Source of the DNA: an uncultured virus (IMG/VR IMGVR_UViG_3300020577_009925)
Lineage: Duplodnaviria > Heunggongvirae > Uroviricota > Caudoviricetes
Virus record (IMG/VR): IMGVR_UViG_3300020577_009925
Direction: 5' to 3' (one strand)
DNA: 64,000 nt
Part shown: one piece after another, positions 28,485 through 37,963 of the stretch
Position numbering within the stretch: position 1 is the stretch's first letter
Layout of the letters: every line of letters begins with the position of its first letter
Notes under the pieces: generated by a model
What the model was told of the DNA's origin: nothing
Seen by the model: only the letters and a program-made list of their open reading frames with translations
Database searches by the model: none
Made by a program: the position numbers and the translations under genes

Positions 28485-29693
28485 TTAGCAGCTCTTGGCT
28501 ACCTGAGCTGGCGTCTTGCCAATTTCAGTTGCCAACAGTTGAGCAATCTTCTTGCGAACTGTTTGTTGCTTTGGTGTACCTGGAAAAGCCGCAGACTTCT
28601 CTTCTGGTGGTGGCTCGTCAGGAGGTGCACCCGATCCGGCACCTTCGGCGCCTGGAGGAGGTCCGCCTGCATCCGGAGGTGGTCCGCCTGCATCGCCGCC
28701 TGGAGGCATTCCACCGCCGCCTTCACCACCGCCACCCTCTTGAGCTAGAAGTTGCTCAAGAATCGCTTCTGGTGGTTGACCGGTTTGCTGAGCGATCTGC
28801 TCGATGAGCATGATAATCTGCTCTTCAGGGCTTCCACCGCCCTCACCACCTGGAGGCATTCCACCAGATGGGTCTCCGCCTGGCATTCCGCCACCCATCG
28901 CTTCAGGAGGCATTCCGCCACCCATCGCTTCAGGAGGCATTCCGCCAGCGGCTGGATCTCCACCCATCATCTGAGCAGCCATTGCTGGATCGTCACTGGC
29001 AAGTTTGATGAATGTAGCAAGCTTGTCAGCGCGACTGATTCCGTCAAGAACCAGCGGCTCAAGGAACGAGGCAACCTTTTGAGCATAGATTTCTCGCATG
29101 TTGCCTTCTTCGGGAATGATCTCGCGGAGAACGTGAGCAACCTTTTCGCTTTGACTGGCGTTTGCAGGTGGCTCGTTGGACTGCACGGGTGCAGGTGTTT
29201 GAACTGGAGCAGAAGCTTGCTTGATCGATGCTTCAACCGATGCAGCTAAGGCATCGAGATCCTTAAGCATGATGTTGCAAACATCAGAAATGGTTGTGCA
29301 GCTTGCGTACTTCTCTTCGCCAGCCTTTGCAGGGTGACCAGAATCTTGCCCGCTGACGTCTTCAACCTTGTCAGTTGGCATCAAGCCGCTGATCTCCGAG
29401 CCGTCCTTGCCCGTTTCGGTGTTGACGCTCTTGGCCTCTTTGTCCTCAACAGCAGAATCACTTGGCTGAACACCAGTGGTTGGAAGCGCGTCACTTGTGA
29501 AGCTGTCGGCCTTCGAAGGAATATCGCCCGATGGCACAGGTAAGTTACCGCTATCAGCACCTACGCTAGCTGGATGACTTGAATCCGGACCTGGATCAGA
29601 AACGCTGCCCTCGGCAAGCTTGCTCGTTGGCGCTGAGGCCAACTTGGACATGAAGGAACCCACCGTTGGGAACCTGGTATTAACTTGACTCAT
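28485..29693 (-). CDS. Putative scaffold protein
   Basis: Acidic and disordered; G/P/M-rich repeats (GGMPPEAMG x2); about ten KxA motifs; lies between protease and MCP. Confidence 0.55.
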   Translation of the reverse strand: MSQVNTRFPTVGSFMSKLASAPTSKLAEGSVSDPGPDSSHPASVGADSGNLPVPSGDIPSKADSFTSDALPTTGVQPSDSAVEDKEAKSVNTETGKDGSEISGLMPTDKVEDVSGQDSGHPAKAGEEKYASCTTISDVCNIMLKDLDALAASVEASIKQASAPVQTPAPVQSNEPPANASQSEKVAHVLREIIPEEGNMREIYAQKVASFLEPLVLDGISRADKLATFIKLASDDPAMAAQMMGGDPAAGGMPPEAMGGGMPPEAMGGGMPGGDPSGGMPPGGEGGGSPEEQIIMLIEQIAQQTGQPPEAILEQLLAQEGGGGEGGGGMPPGGDAGGPPPDAGGPPPGAEGAGSGAPPDEPPPEEKSAAFPGTPKQQTVRKKIAQLLATEIGKTPAQVAKSC

Positions 29694-32246
29694 CTAATTC
29701 CCTCCGGGGATTGAATAGTTCTTTCTACGAACCAAACCAAAGGCACGTAAATCGGATTGTGGTGAATGGTGTGTCAGGCAAAGTTCAATGGCTGCAAACT
29801 TCATCACTACTTCCGGTAACGATTCATGCGTTGCAGCTGTTTTGAGTGTTTCGAAACTTTGCTCATTAGCGGCGGCAAGCAGTGATGCTCGGTTGATTTG
29901 TTTCAAATCTATAGACGCCACTTTCGCCGCGGCAAATTTTCTTGCAGAATTCTCAATTAAGTGTGCGAGCTTTTCGGCCTGAGCAACAGCATAGGGAAGC
30001 TTACCAGTGAGCCGAAGCCTCTGATAAAGGTCTGGAAGGAACATCGCGTACTTCTGAGCCTGACCCTCGCTGATACCTGAGTGCTTGCACAATCGCTCAA
30101 AGCTGATGTAGCTACCGTTTCGAAGAGCTTGAGACAGCGCTGTCGCGGTAACTGTGTGATTGACCGAATCGAGATCCCTGGTATCGGCGTACGATGCGCT
30201 GGCAATCTTGCAGAACCCGAAGTCATAACCTGAGAAATCGCCACGCCGGTGAGCGGCTTCCATTTCGGCCAGCTTATTTGCCAAACAGAATAGGCTTCGT
30301 GACAGTGGCGATTCCTCAATGTTAGGAATTTGATCAAACGCAAACTCGGCGACCTTGGAGTTACTCTTGAGATCACGATAGAAGTCGCCAACAGGAAGAA
30401 GAACTCCGTTGGCGATTGGGTCTGCTCCGGTCTTTACCTTGGAGATGTCGTAGAACGTGTTGTGAGGATTGTCGACGTACTGAAGCTGTCCGCTGGATGC
30501 CATCTTGAGCATTCCGTTGAGACAACCAAACATGTTGCAACTGCCGCCCTCTTTCTTGGACATGCAGCGATCTTTAGGCTTTGGGGCTTTGTGATTACAG
30601 GTACTACAGTTATGCACTGCAATACCCTCGATAACATAGCTCTCATCATCTGCAACCGAGATGTTGTAAACAACAGTAGAGTTGACTTCAACCTGTCGCT
30701 GCCTAACTGGATAAGCAATGTAATTCGCGCCGTCATGCGTATACCGCAAAGCACGAGGAGCTGGACTACGAGTATCAAAACCTTTAGCCTTAACGCTCTC
30801 GGCAAGCTGCCACAGCTCACTACAGGCGATGTTTACCCAGAAAACCTCTCTAAGTTCGCCCTCACTATATGTAGACCTCGCCCACTCAGACCTAAATGGA
30901 GCCGGTAAGCCAGCAGACAGACACAACAAATGGAGTCCATGCAGCAAACCTCGGTTTGTTCCGGTTATTCTCGCGCTGCCCTTCTTGCTATCTACACTGC
31001 CGTCTGTATCTAGCATTCCAGCAACAAACGCAAGCTTTTCCTCTTTAGACGCGGTAAACAAGTAGTCTGGTATTCGCTTTGAGTTGCCTGCTTCTCCGCA
31101 AAGCGATAAAACCTTACTGGCGAATTCTCGATCATATACGTTCAACGCTACGTAGTTCTTTGCCTGTTCGCTGTATCTCCTAGGTTGGTTTTTCGCAAAC
31201 TTAGCAAGATATAGCTCTAGTCGCTCAACGACACTCAACAAACGACGGTCACAAGCGAATCCCAAACCCATCACTTTGTAATCGCCGTTCTTCTTTCTCC
31301 CACTTCGTTGACGAATACGAAATCCGTCGCCACAGAACGCACCTAGCAAATACGCCCACTGCAGCCTCTCTGCGTTATCACATTCCGCTGTAGATTCGAC
31401 TGGATACAGCAAATAATCCCCAACCTCCACCTCAACAGCCGGTATCCATAATGGCTCAGCGTTTCTCCAATACTTTCGCAAACGCCCACTCGCATCTCTA
31501 ACGCTATCGGCGGTGAGAACCAGGTACGGGTGCTCCCGTGTTGATCGCACACCCGACAAAGACGCAGCAGAAAGCGTAACCATCTCGCCACAATATTTAC
31601 GCCGCATCGTACAAGTGACTGGCTGCCACTGCGCTGTGTGTGTTAATACAATATCTCCCAGTCGCACGTCAGCAATCCTCCGATAACCTGCCGCGGTCAG
31701 TATTAAGCGGTCGGCCTCGAAACAGACGTCGAACGGAACAAGACTACCCATCGAAACTGGGAAGTATCCGTGCTTGAGAAGTTCTTGGATCTCCTCGTCA
31801 GCCTCTTTGGCGCCTTCACCGCCTAGAGCAGCAGCGACCTTGGCACTGCCGTAGTACTCAGTGATTAGCTCAACGATCCCGTCGGAATCGCGATACCTGG
31901 CTAGCTTGACACTTCCGTAGTGTGGACCTTTGGATTGGTGCTGACGATAGGCCTTTGCGTGCCGTTCGAATGTGCCAACGTCGTTTCTCAACGCCTTCTC
32001 ACTGAAACCGTCGCCCCAACGATTGGGTCCGTACCTTTCAGAGCACCCCATCGCTAGCTTGTGGACGTAGAAGCAATCAGGGTGCAGAGACAACTTGGAA
32101 AAGAAGTGAGCTGTCTCAGGAGACATGAACTCCTCTGCCGCCTTGGCATCGGCTCTGCCTAGTCCAGTTGAAGCTACTTTTATCTGATGCTGGGAGCCGC
32201 TGACGCCCGACCAGCAATCAGGAGCGAAGATCTTTGTTTGTGTCAT
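29694..32246 (-). CDS. Putative prohead (capsid maturation) protease with intein
   Basis: GPNRWGDGF, QHQS, VSMGS..PFDV|CSTC and FYDISKV...AD motifs resemble large-myovirus maturation proteases; position upstream of scaffold and MCP. Confidence 0.65.
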   Translation of the reverse strand: MTQTKIFAPDCWSGVSGSQHQIKVASTGLGRADAKAAEEFMSPETAHFFSKLSLHPDCFYVHKLAMGCSERYGPNRWGDGFSEKALRNDVGTFERHAKAYRQHQSKGPHYGSVKLARYRDSDGIVELITEYYGSAKVAAALGGEGAKEADEEIQELLKHGYFPVSMGSLVPFDVCFEADRLILTAAGYRRIADVRLGDIVLTHTAQWQPVTCTMRRKYCGEMVTLSAASLSGVRSTREHPYLVLTADSVRDASGRLRKYWRNAEPLWIPAVEVEVGDYLLYPVESTAECDNAERLQWAYLLGAFCGDGFRIRQRSGRKKNGDYKVMGLGFACDRRLLSVVERLELYLAKFAKNQPRRYSEQAKNYVALNVYDREFASKVLSLCGEAGNSKRIPDYLFTASKEEKLAFVAGMLDTDGSVDSKKGSARITGTNRGLLHGLHLLCLSAGLPAPFRSEWARSTYSEGELREVFWVNIACSELWQLAESVKAKGFDTRSPAPRALRYTHDGANYIAYPVRQRQVEVNSTVVYNISVADDESYVIEGIAVHNCSTCNHKAPKPKDRCMSKKEGGSCNMFGCLNGMLKMASSGQLQYVDNPHNTFYDISKVKTGADPIANGVLLPVGDFYRDLKSNSKVAEFAFDQIPNIEESPLSRSLFCLANKLAEMEAAHRRGDFSGYDFGFCKIASASYADTRDLDSVNHTVTATALSQALRNGSYISFERLCKHSGISEGQAQKYAMFLPDLYQRLRLTGKLPYAVAQAEKLAHLIENSARKFAAAKVASIDLKQINRASLLAAANEQSFETLKTAATHESLPEVVMKFAAIELCLTHHSPQSDLRAFGLVRRKNYSIPGGN
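30133..30144 (+). repeat. Dispersed palindrome, copy 4 (in CDS)
   Basis: tga-GACAGCGCTGTC-gc. Confidence 0.95.
30609..31724 (-). mobile_element. Intein (372 aa) with LAGLIDADG homing endonuclease
   Basis: Starts CFEADRLI; STREHP block B; YLLGAFCGDG and FVAGMLDTDGSV; ends IAVHN followed by +1 Cys. Confidence 0.92.
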
Positions 32247-35200
32247 TTACTCACCTCGCATCCAGTTAACTAGGGCTGGCCCTCCCCAAGTCAATCCAGC
32301 AGCAGCTAGACCGGGAAGCGATCGTCGAAACCCGCGACCCGCTGCAAAGCGTCGAGCACCAGTTCCAGCATGAATGTCCTTGGTTCTCTTGGTGATCAGA
32401 TCGCCAATCTCAGAAAGAGTTTTGGTCTGTCCGCCGACGCTAGCCGTGCCGCCACCTCTTTGCGCTGCGGCGAACAACTTTTGAAGCTCTGCCATCTGTG
32501 GGTCGTGGGCCAGCTCTGTCTTGTTGACAAAGTTCTGCAGTAACGGGTTGTTACGAGTTCCGTAATGCACAGCCGCCCCTACACCTGTAGAAGCCAATGC
32601 TGGCGACTCATCGTAAAGTTCACCCACGAGCTTCCCGGCGTTTTGCACTGGTCCTGGTGTTTGACTTTGGACAGCCTTATCCAACTGTTTAACTCCGCCA
32701 GGCGTCTTGAGGATGTTGGCTTCTACTTCACTCAGATCTCGGTCAGGAACGCCGCCTGAAGATAGATTGCTGAGTTGACCCAGGCCACCACCAACAGCAG
32801 CACCACCAAGAGCTCCAGTCAACGCAGCGTTCAGATAGCGGCGACGCTTCTTATCAGGAGACAGCGCTTCGGCGCCAAGCATGCCCAAACTTCCAGCTGC
32901 AGCACCGCCAGCGGCTCCCATCATGGCTCGGTTGGTTGGATCAGCCCACTTGTCGCTAATCCACTTGAGCATTCCGCCGTCAGCGATCTTTGGCATAGTT
33001 GGCGGTGCGGGCATGCCGCCAATGCCTGTTGGAGCTGCAGGTGTTTGTGTTACAACCGGCGTTCCATTTGGATTGAGAATCATTGGACCAGGCATTGATG
33101 GCGCAGGAGCCTTGGACTCCTTTGGCTCTTTGGGTGGAGGAACTAACTTCGCAACTCGCTCGGTGTAACCCTTTCCAAGTGGGCCACTGAGTGAGGCAAA
33201 GCCAGACTGCTTATCGCCTTGCAAGTATCGGCCCAGAAGATATGTACCAGCCGCAGTGCCTAGTCCAGCAATTGCACCTGAAGCGCCTCGCCCAACAGTT
33301 CCGTTAAGCCTGCGTCCGACCCCTGTTATTGCCTTACCAATCGGTGCAACCCGTGAATGCATGTTCCCGATAAAATCACCGACATGGCCAACGCCGTGAC
33401 CAAGATGCTCATGACCCAGTCCAGCTCCAATAGTTCCAGCCAACCCCGCAGCTCCCATCGCCGTCGTTGGGTGTCGCAAAATTCTTTCGGCAACATGAGG
33501 ACGACCCTCAATCGCTACGTTTGGATCAACAACCGCTGGACCGTCCTTGGTGAACTTGCCATAGATCCCGCCGCCTAGACCTCCGATTCCAGCTCCCAGG
33601 ATGGCCGATCGAAGCACTGACCGATTCTCAGGGTCATCCATCAAAAGGGACTTGGCCGCCCCACCAACAGCACCTAGACCTGAACCGATCAAGGCCGTAG
33701 CGTATGGCCTGGTAGATGGATCAGCCAATGTTGCTTTGATGTTATCGAGGATTCCAGCAGCCTGAACAGCTCGCTGATTCATCACGATCTCGATAGCATC
33801 TGCTCCAGCCTTTTGAAGCAATGCCCGAACAGCAAGCTTGGTCGATAACTGCGAGGCCTGTTTGGGCGTCAGCTGACAAATGTGGTTGACGACATTGTCA
33901 AGCGAAGCTGCCTTTCTAACACGAGGTTTGCGAACTCTCTCTGTGTCAGTCTTCTCGCGAATAAGCTCGTTCTGCGACTCTAAATTTCGAAGCTGCTGCT
34001 GCTCAATCTTTCGTCTAGTACGATTCTGCAAATAGTTGTAAAGCAAATATCCAGTGCCTGCTACTCCAGCGCCGGCCAGTGCGTGAGGAGCATACTTCAC
34101 CGATTTTTCAGCAGCGTCTGCAAGTCGATCTAACGGCGATCGCTCGACAGCCTGCTCCGACAGCGAGTTTACGTTGGCCATCATCTTGTTAAGACTATCC
34201 AGCGCACCTCCTTCACCTGTAAGCTCCGTCGCCCGATCCTTCAGTGCTGACATAGGGCCACCTGGGCCGTAAAAGCTGTCTATGCCCTTTGTGACATTCT
34301 TGGTTGTATTAGCGATGTCCTTAGTAACGCTCTCAGTCGCATCTGCATACGCGCCCGTACTTCTTCTCGCATCCGAAACTACGTTGTAGCCCGCCGGAAC
34401 CATCGCTAGACCAGCAAACAGCGCCTTGTTCTTAACCTGGGGCATCAAATTCTGGACGAACTGACTAGCCATTGCCTTAGAGCCGGGCCCTGACTTCATT
34501 GCTCGCATTGCATTGTAATAATCTCTAGGCGAACTCATCGCAGCAGCGGCGGCTCCCATTAAGCCCGCCTCACCCCAACCAGCACCGTTCTCGTGCATTT
34601 GATGAGCCGTATAGCCACCAACCGCTCCTGGAATGGCGACATCGGTTACACCTCTACTGAGATAGTGTCCGAGGTTCTTCATGAACTTACCGGTTCCAGC
34701 TGCCCGCTTTGAAGACTGCTGCTGGAGGGCCTGCTGTAGCGCATCTTTAACTGTAATGGTCCCTCCTCCGCCGAGCTTTTGCTCTGACGCAGGCTGGTAC
34801 ATCAGCTTCAGTAGTCGCCGAGTTGCCTCATACTTCTCAGCAATTCCGTTTTCAATCACAGGATCTGAATTAGCTAGCTGCTTAATGCCATAACCTGCAC
34901 CTGCACCAATGCCCGCACCTAGTAATGCTCCGCCTGCGTAGTCACGTTCTTCCTTGGGCTTTAAGACCTGTCTGAGCATTCCAGCTCCCGCGCCGACACC
35001 TGCACCCAGAACGGCAGAACCTGCAGACGTTGAAGCTAGGTTCTTGATTAAGTCGCTGACCGCGGCTGTCTTTTGCATGGTGTCCAGTCTTCTAAGCTGT
35101 AATTGGCTGAGCTTGATGGCCCAGTGAACTTTGTCTTTGTAAACTCTGGCCAATTCACGGCGAATGACCGGATTACCCTTGATATCCTTTGGCTTCCACC

Positions 35201-36542
35201 AAGCCACAATTTCGATATTGTCTCGATCGGGATCGTCAGGATTGAGAACTCTTCGACCTTTGTTGTTGATCTTGAGATCTTTCTCTGACGGTATCGAACC
35301 AACGTAACCAACATAGACGCCTGAACGCCAATCTACGTGGATCTGAAGGTGAGCTGGAAGCCTGCAACCGACCTCTTCCTCCCACTCTCGCTTGGCAGCC
35401 TCTAAGGGAGTCTCGCCTCGTTCGATGTGACCACCAGGGAACTCCCACTTGCCTGATGCTGGGTCAGTGTCGTCGAAAGCCCGCTGAAGCATGAGCACTC
35501 GGCCTGTGTCAGCGGCCAGTACGCATAGACCTGCAGCGACCAGTGGAGAAGCGGCTTGTTTAGCGGATGCCTGTTGAAGTAAATTCACTATGGCCGACCT
35601 TGCTTCGGGTGACAGCGTGTAGTGCTCTGGTCCTGGTTTTGGTCGCATTTCAATGGGTACTTCTGCGATTGACTTATAGCCGTGTTGTTTGAAAAGCTGG
35701 TTGTACGCTTCTCGCTGGGAAGTTTTTGTTACTGCTGGCTCAAAGTCATCCAGTCTAAGCGTATTAACGCCTGCAGGAGCAAACCTAAGCCTGTCAGCAC
35801 CGCGGCTGTGCCCAAGCCATATATCGCCATCTGGCACAGTACCGCTCAACCCTTCGTCAAACTTAACCGTAGCACCCTGCTGTCTGACAATATCAGCAAC
35901 AGTGCTATAAAAGTCTTCATACTTGGCCGCGTTGTCTGGGTCGGCGTCTGGGTTGCCTTTGATAATACTTACAACGGCAGCCAGCTTAGGAAGCTGTAAC
36001 TTAGCGATTAACTCCTGCACATCCGACCTGGAATTGTGCAGCACAGTCCCGGGTACTTTAGACACACGTCTGAACACCTTAGCGTTGTCGTCGTATATTC
36101 TTCTACCGGCAGCTTGTCTCTTCGCCGCTATCTGGGCATCCCAAGGCTTACCCTTAGCAATAGCCTTGTCTCGAACTCTTTCCAGTCGCTGTCTAAGTAA
36201 TTCCTTCAAAGGAGTTGTAACCATGACACGGTTTGGGTAGCTCGCCAGTTCACGATTTGTTAGACCAGCCAGCTGCGTGCCTTCAACAATCGTCGGCTGC
36301 GTTAAACCGGTCAAAGACTCCAGCGCGAGTCTTCGTCGCAACTGGATAAACTCTCTTCGCTTGTCTGTACCTGGAATCAAATGCTCGTCGTCTGGGTCGC
36401 CTCTGAAAAGATCTCCCCACTCAGAACGAGAGTCGATGGAATATACAGGCATACCTAGTCGCTGAGACAGCTGAGAAGCTGTTGTTGACTTACCAGCACC
36501 ACTGTGCCCTGTCACCAGGATATGCGGTTGTAGGGACTGCAT
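32247..36542 (-). CDS. Multidomain internal-virion-like protein: P-loop kinase + GxSxG hydrolase-like + Nudix + glycine-zipper domains
   Basis: ILVTGHSGAGKST Walker A; WLGHSRG; Nudix box GGHIERGETPLEAAKREWEEEVG; many GAxxGAxxG helices. Confidence 0.75.
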   Translation of the reverse strand: MQSLQPHILVTGHSGAGKSTTASQLSQRLGMPVYSIDSRSEWGDLFRGDPDDEHLIPGTDKRREFIQLRRRLALESLTGLTQPTIVEGTQLAGLTNRELASYPNRVMVTTPLKELLRQRLERVRDKAIAKGKPWDAQIAAKRQAAGRRIYDDNAKVFRRVSKVPGTVLHNSRSDVQELIAKLQLPKLAAVVSIIKGNPDADPDNAAKYEDFYSTVADIVRQQGATVKFDEGLSGTVPDGDIWLGHSRGADRLRFAPAGVNTLRLDDFEPAVTKTSQREAYNQLFKQHGYKSIAEVPIEMRPKPGPEHYTLSPEARSAIVNLLQQASAKQAASPLVAAGLCVLAADTGRVLMLQRAFDDTDPASGKWEFPGGHIERGETPLEAAKREWEEEVGCRLPAHLQIHVDWRSGVYVGYVGSIPSEKDLKINNKGRRVLNPDDPDRDNIEIVAWWKPKDIKGNPVIRRELARVYKDKVHWAIKLSQLQLRRLDTMQKTAAVSDLIKNLASTSAGSAVLGAGVGAGAGMLRQVLKPKEERDYAGGALLGAGIGAGAGYGIKQLANSDPVIENGIAEKYEATRRLLKLMYQPASEQKLGGGGTITVKDALQQALQQQSSKRAAGTGKFMKNLGHYLSRGVTDVAIPGAVGGYTAHQMHENGAGWGEAGLMGAAAAAMSSPRDYYNAMRAMKSGPGSKAMASQFVQNLMPQVKNKALFAGLAMVPAGYNVVSDARRSTGAYADATESVTKDIANTTKNVTKGIDSFYGPGGPMSALKDRATELTGEGGALDSLNKMMANVNSLSEQAVERSPLDRLADAAEKSVKYAPHALAGAGVAGTGYLLYNYLQNRTRRKIEQQQLRNLESQNELIREKTDTERVRKPRVRKAASLDNVVNHICQLTPKQASQLSTKLAVRALLQKAGADAIEIVMNQRAVQAAGILDNIKATLADPSTRPYATALIGSGLGAVGGAAKSLLMDDPENRSVLRSAILGAGIGGLGGGIYGKFTKDGPAVVDPNVAIEGRPHVAERILRHPTTAMGAAGLAGTIGAGLGHEHLGHGVGHVGDFIGNMHSRVAPIGKAITGVGRRLNGTVGRGASGAIAGLGTAAGTYLLGRYLQGDKQSGFASLSGPLGKGYTERVAKLVPPPKEPKESKAPAPSMPGPMILNPNGTPVVTQTPAAPTGIGGMPAPPTMPKIADGGMLKWISDKWADPTNRAMMGAAGGAAAGSLGMLGAEALSPDKKRRRYLNAALTGALGGAAVGGGLGQLSNLSSGGVPDRDLSEVEANILKTPGGVKQLDKAVQSQTPGPVQNAGKLVGELYDESPALASTGVGAAVHYGTRNNPLLQNFVNKTELAHDPQMAELQKLFAAAQRGGGTASVGGQTKTLSEIGDLITKRTKDIHAGTGARRFAAGRGFRRSLPGLAAAGLTWGGPALVNWMRGE

Positions 36543-36562
36543 AGCATTGAACCCTGTAGGAA

Positions 36563-37900
36563 CTAAACTTCGTTTCGCTCTGGCTTGGAATCTCGTTCAA
36601 GCTTGCGAATGGCTGCTAGGTCCATCGCCGAAGCGTTGTTCTGAAGATACTGACGAAGCACGCTTCGCATGGTTGCTGGATTCTCCAGTGCCCGAGGAGC
36701 ATAGTTCGCTACCTCGTTGTAGGCTCCAAGAACCTCATGTTCTGGTGTTGTGGAGATGACGGGATCGTCGACCATCAACTGCTGAAGGGCGGTTCGACTG
36801 CGAATCGCTGATAGATTGGCCTCGTGCTGCGGAGCGCCCAGCTGAACCATAAATCGGTCTTCATCACTGCTACCGGGCGCCTTCTTGTCTTCGGCTGGTT
36901 TGGAGAGATTGGCCAGTTGTGAGGTCAAGAACATCGAGGTGACATTGGCAACCTTCTCGACATGCTCAGCCTGCTGGTCAGCCAAACTTTGCGAACCAAC
37001 AACCAAAGCTGCGTTCTTGACTCCGCCGTCGACAAGGCATGTCTTGATGATGTAAGCCAGCTCCCTGCATCTGGCACTTTCGGCTCCAAGTCCGGGAAGC
37101 TGCTCATAGAGCTCTTTGGCAGCTGCTGCACTCTTGGCGAACAGTTCAACCGCGTGATGCGACTCTTGAGACAGCGCTGTCGGAAGCTGCTCTACCTGGC
37201 CAAACGAAGCCTGCTTGTGGGTAGGTAGGAATTGTGTTGCCCAACCAACAGCCTCTTGTGCTGCGTCAGAAAGCTGCGGATGTTGTGAGGCGACAAAACG
37301 GAACTGCTGCAAGAACGACTCACCCATGGAAGCTGTCTTCTTACGAAGCTCTTCAGAGGCACAACCGCGGGCGATCTGATAGTTCATGACCAGGCTCGCG
37401 ACCTTTCGCTGGGCCACCTGATACCGCTGGTCGATGTGTTCGAGTTCTCGATGAGCCGCTTCGAGGTCTAGCCCGTGATAAAGACCATGTGACGGATCTT
37501 TCGTTGGAGCAACAGGAGCGGCGGCGACCTTCTTGGCAACCGGGATAGCGGCTGTCGGAGTGCTAAGCAGCTTTTCAACCATCGGCATCGAAGCAACCTT
37601 AGCGGCCGACGCAGCGGCGCTACGACCTTCCTGAAGCTCAGCTAAATCCTTCTTGACCAAAGCCGGATCAACAACATTAACGCTCGAAAGCTTGGTAACC
37701 AGATCATCGGCTCCAACTCGCTCTCCAATGGAAGCTGTTCGGTTGAATAACTGACAAAGGCGATCGATTTGATCGGGCAAGAGCGACTGAGCAGCAGCGA
37801 CCTTGACAATAGCCGTACGCGGGAGAGTCCCGCTTTCGGTGAGGCTCAATACCTCATTGACCGCTCGAGCAAGAAAATTTGTAGACATTTGCGCCGGCAC
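36563..37900 (-). CDS. Helical head-module protein (KxA-rich)
   Basis: Ala-rich helical sequence with about nine KxA motifs. Confidence 0.55.
   Translation of the reverse strand: MPAQMSTNFLARAVNEVLSLTESGTLPRTAIVKVAAAQSLLPDQIDRLCQLFNRTASIGERVGADDLVTKLSSVNVVDPALVKKDLAELQEGRSAAASAAKVASMPMVEKLLSTPTAAIPVAKKVAAAPVAPTKDPSHGLYHGLDLEAAHRELEHIDQRYQVAQRKVASLVMNYQIARGCASEELRKKTASMGESFLQQFRFVASQHPQLSDAAQEAVGWATQFLPTHKQASFGQVEQLPTALSQESHHAVELFAKSAAAAKELYEQLPGLGAESARCRELAYIIKTCLVDGGVKNAALVVGSQSLADQQAEHVEKVANVTSMFLTSQLANLSKPAEDKKAPGSSDEDRFMVQLGAPQHEANLSAIRSRTALQQLMVDDPVISTTPEHEVLGAYNEVANYAPRALENPATMRSVLRQYLQNNASAMDLAAIRKLERDSKPERNEV
37170..37181 (+). repeat. Dispersed palindrome, copy 5 (in CDS)
   Basis: tga-GACAGCGCTGTC-gg. 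Confidence 0.95.
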
Positions 37901-37963
37901 CTGAACAACGTTGTAGGAAATTCACGTCGTTCAAAATACCGGTAGGCACAAGCGGGCAAGAAA

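Noticed and set aside
32858..32872. Partial palindrome match GAGACAGCGCTTCG (similarly GGACAGCGCTAC at 63261)
   Set aside because: The right half-site is broken, so it was not counted as a copy.
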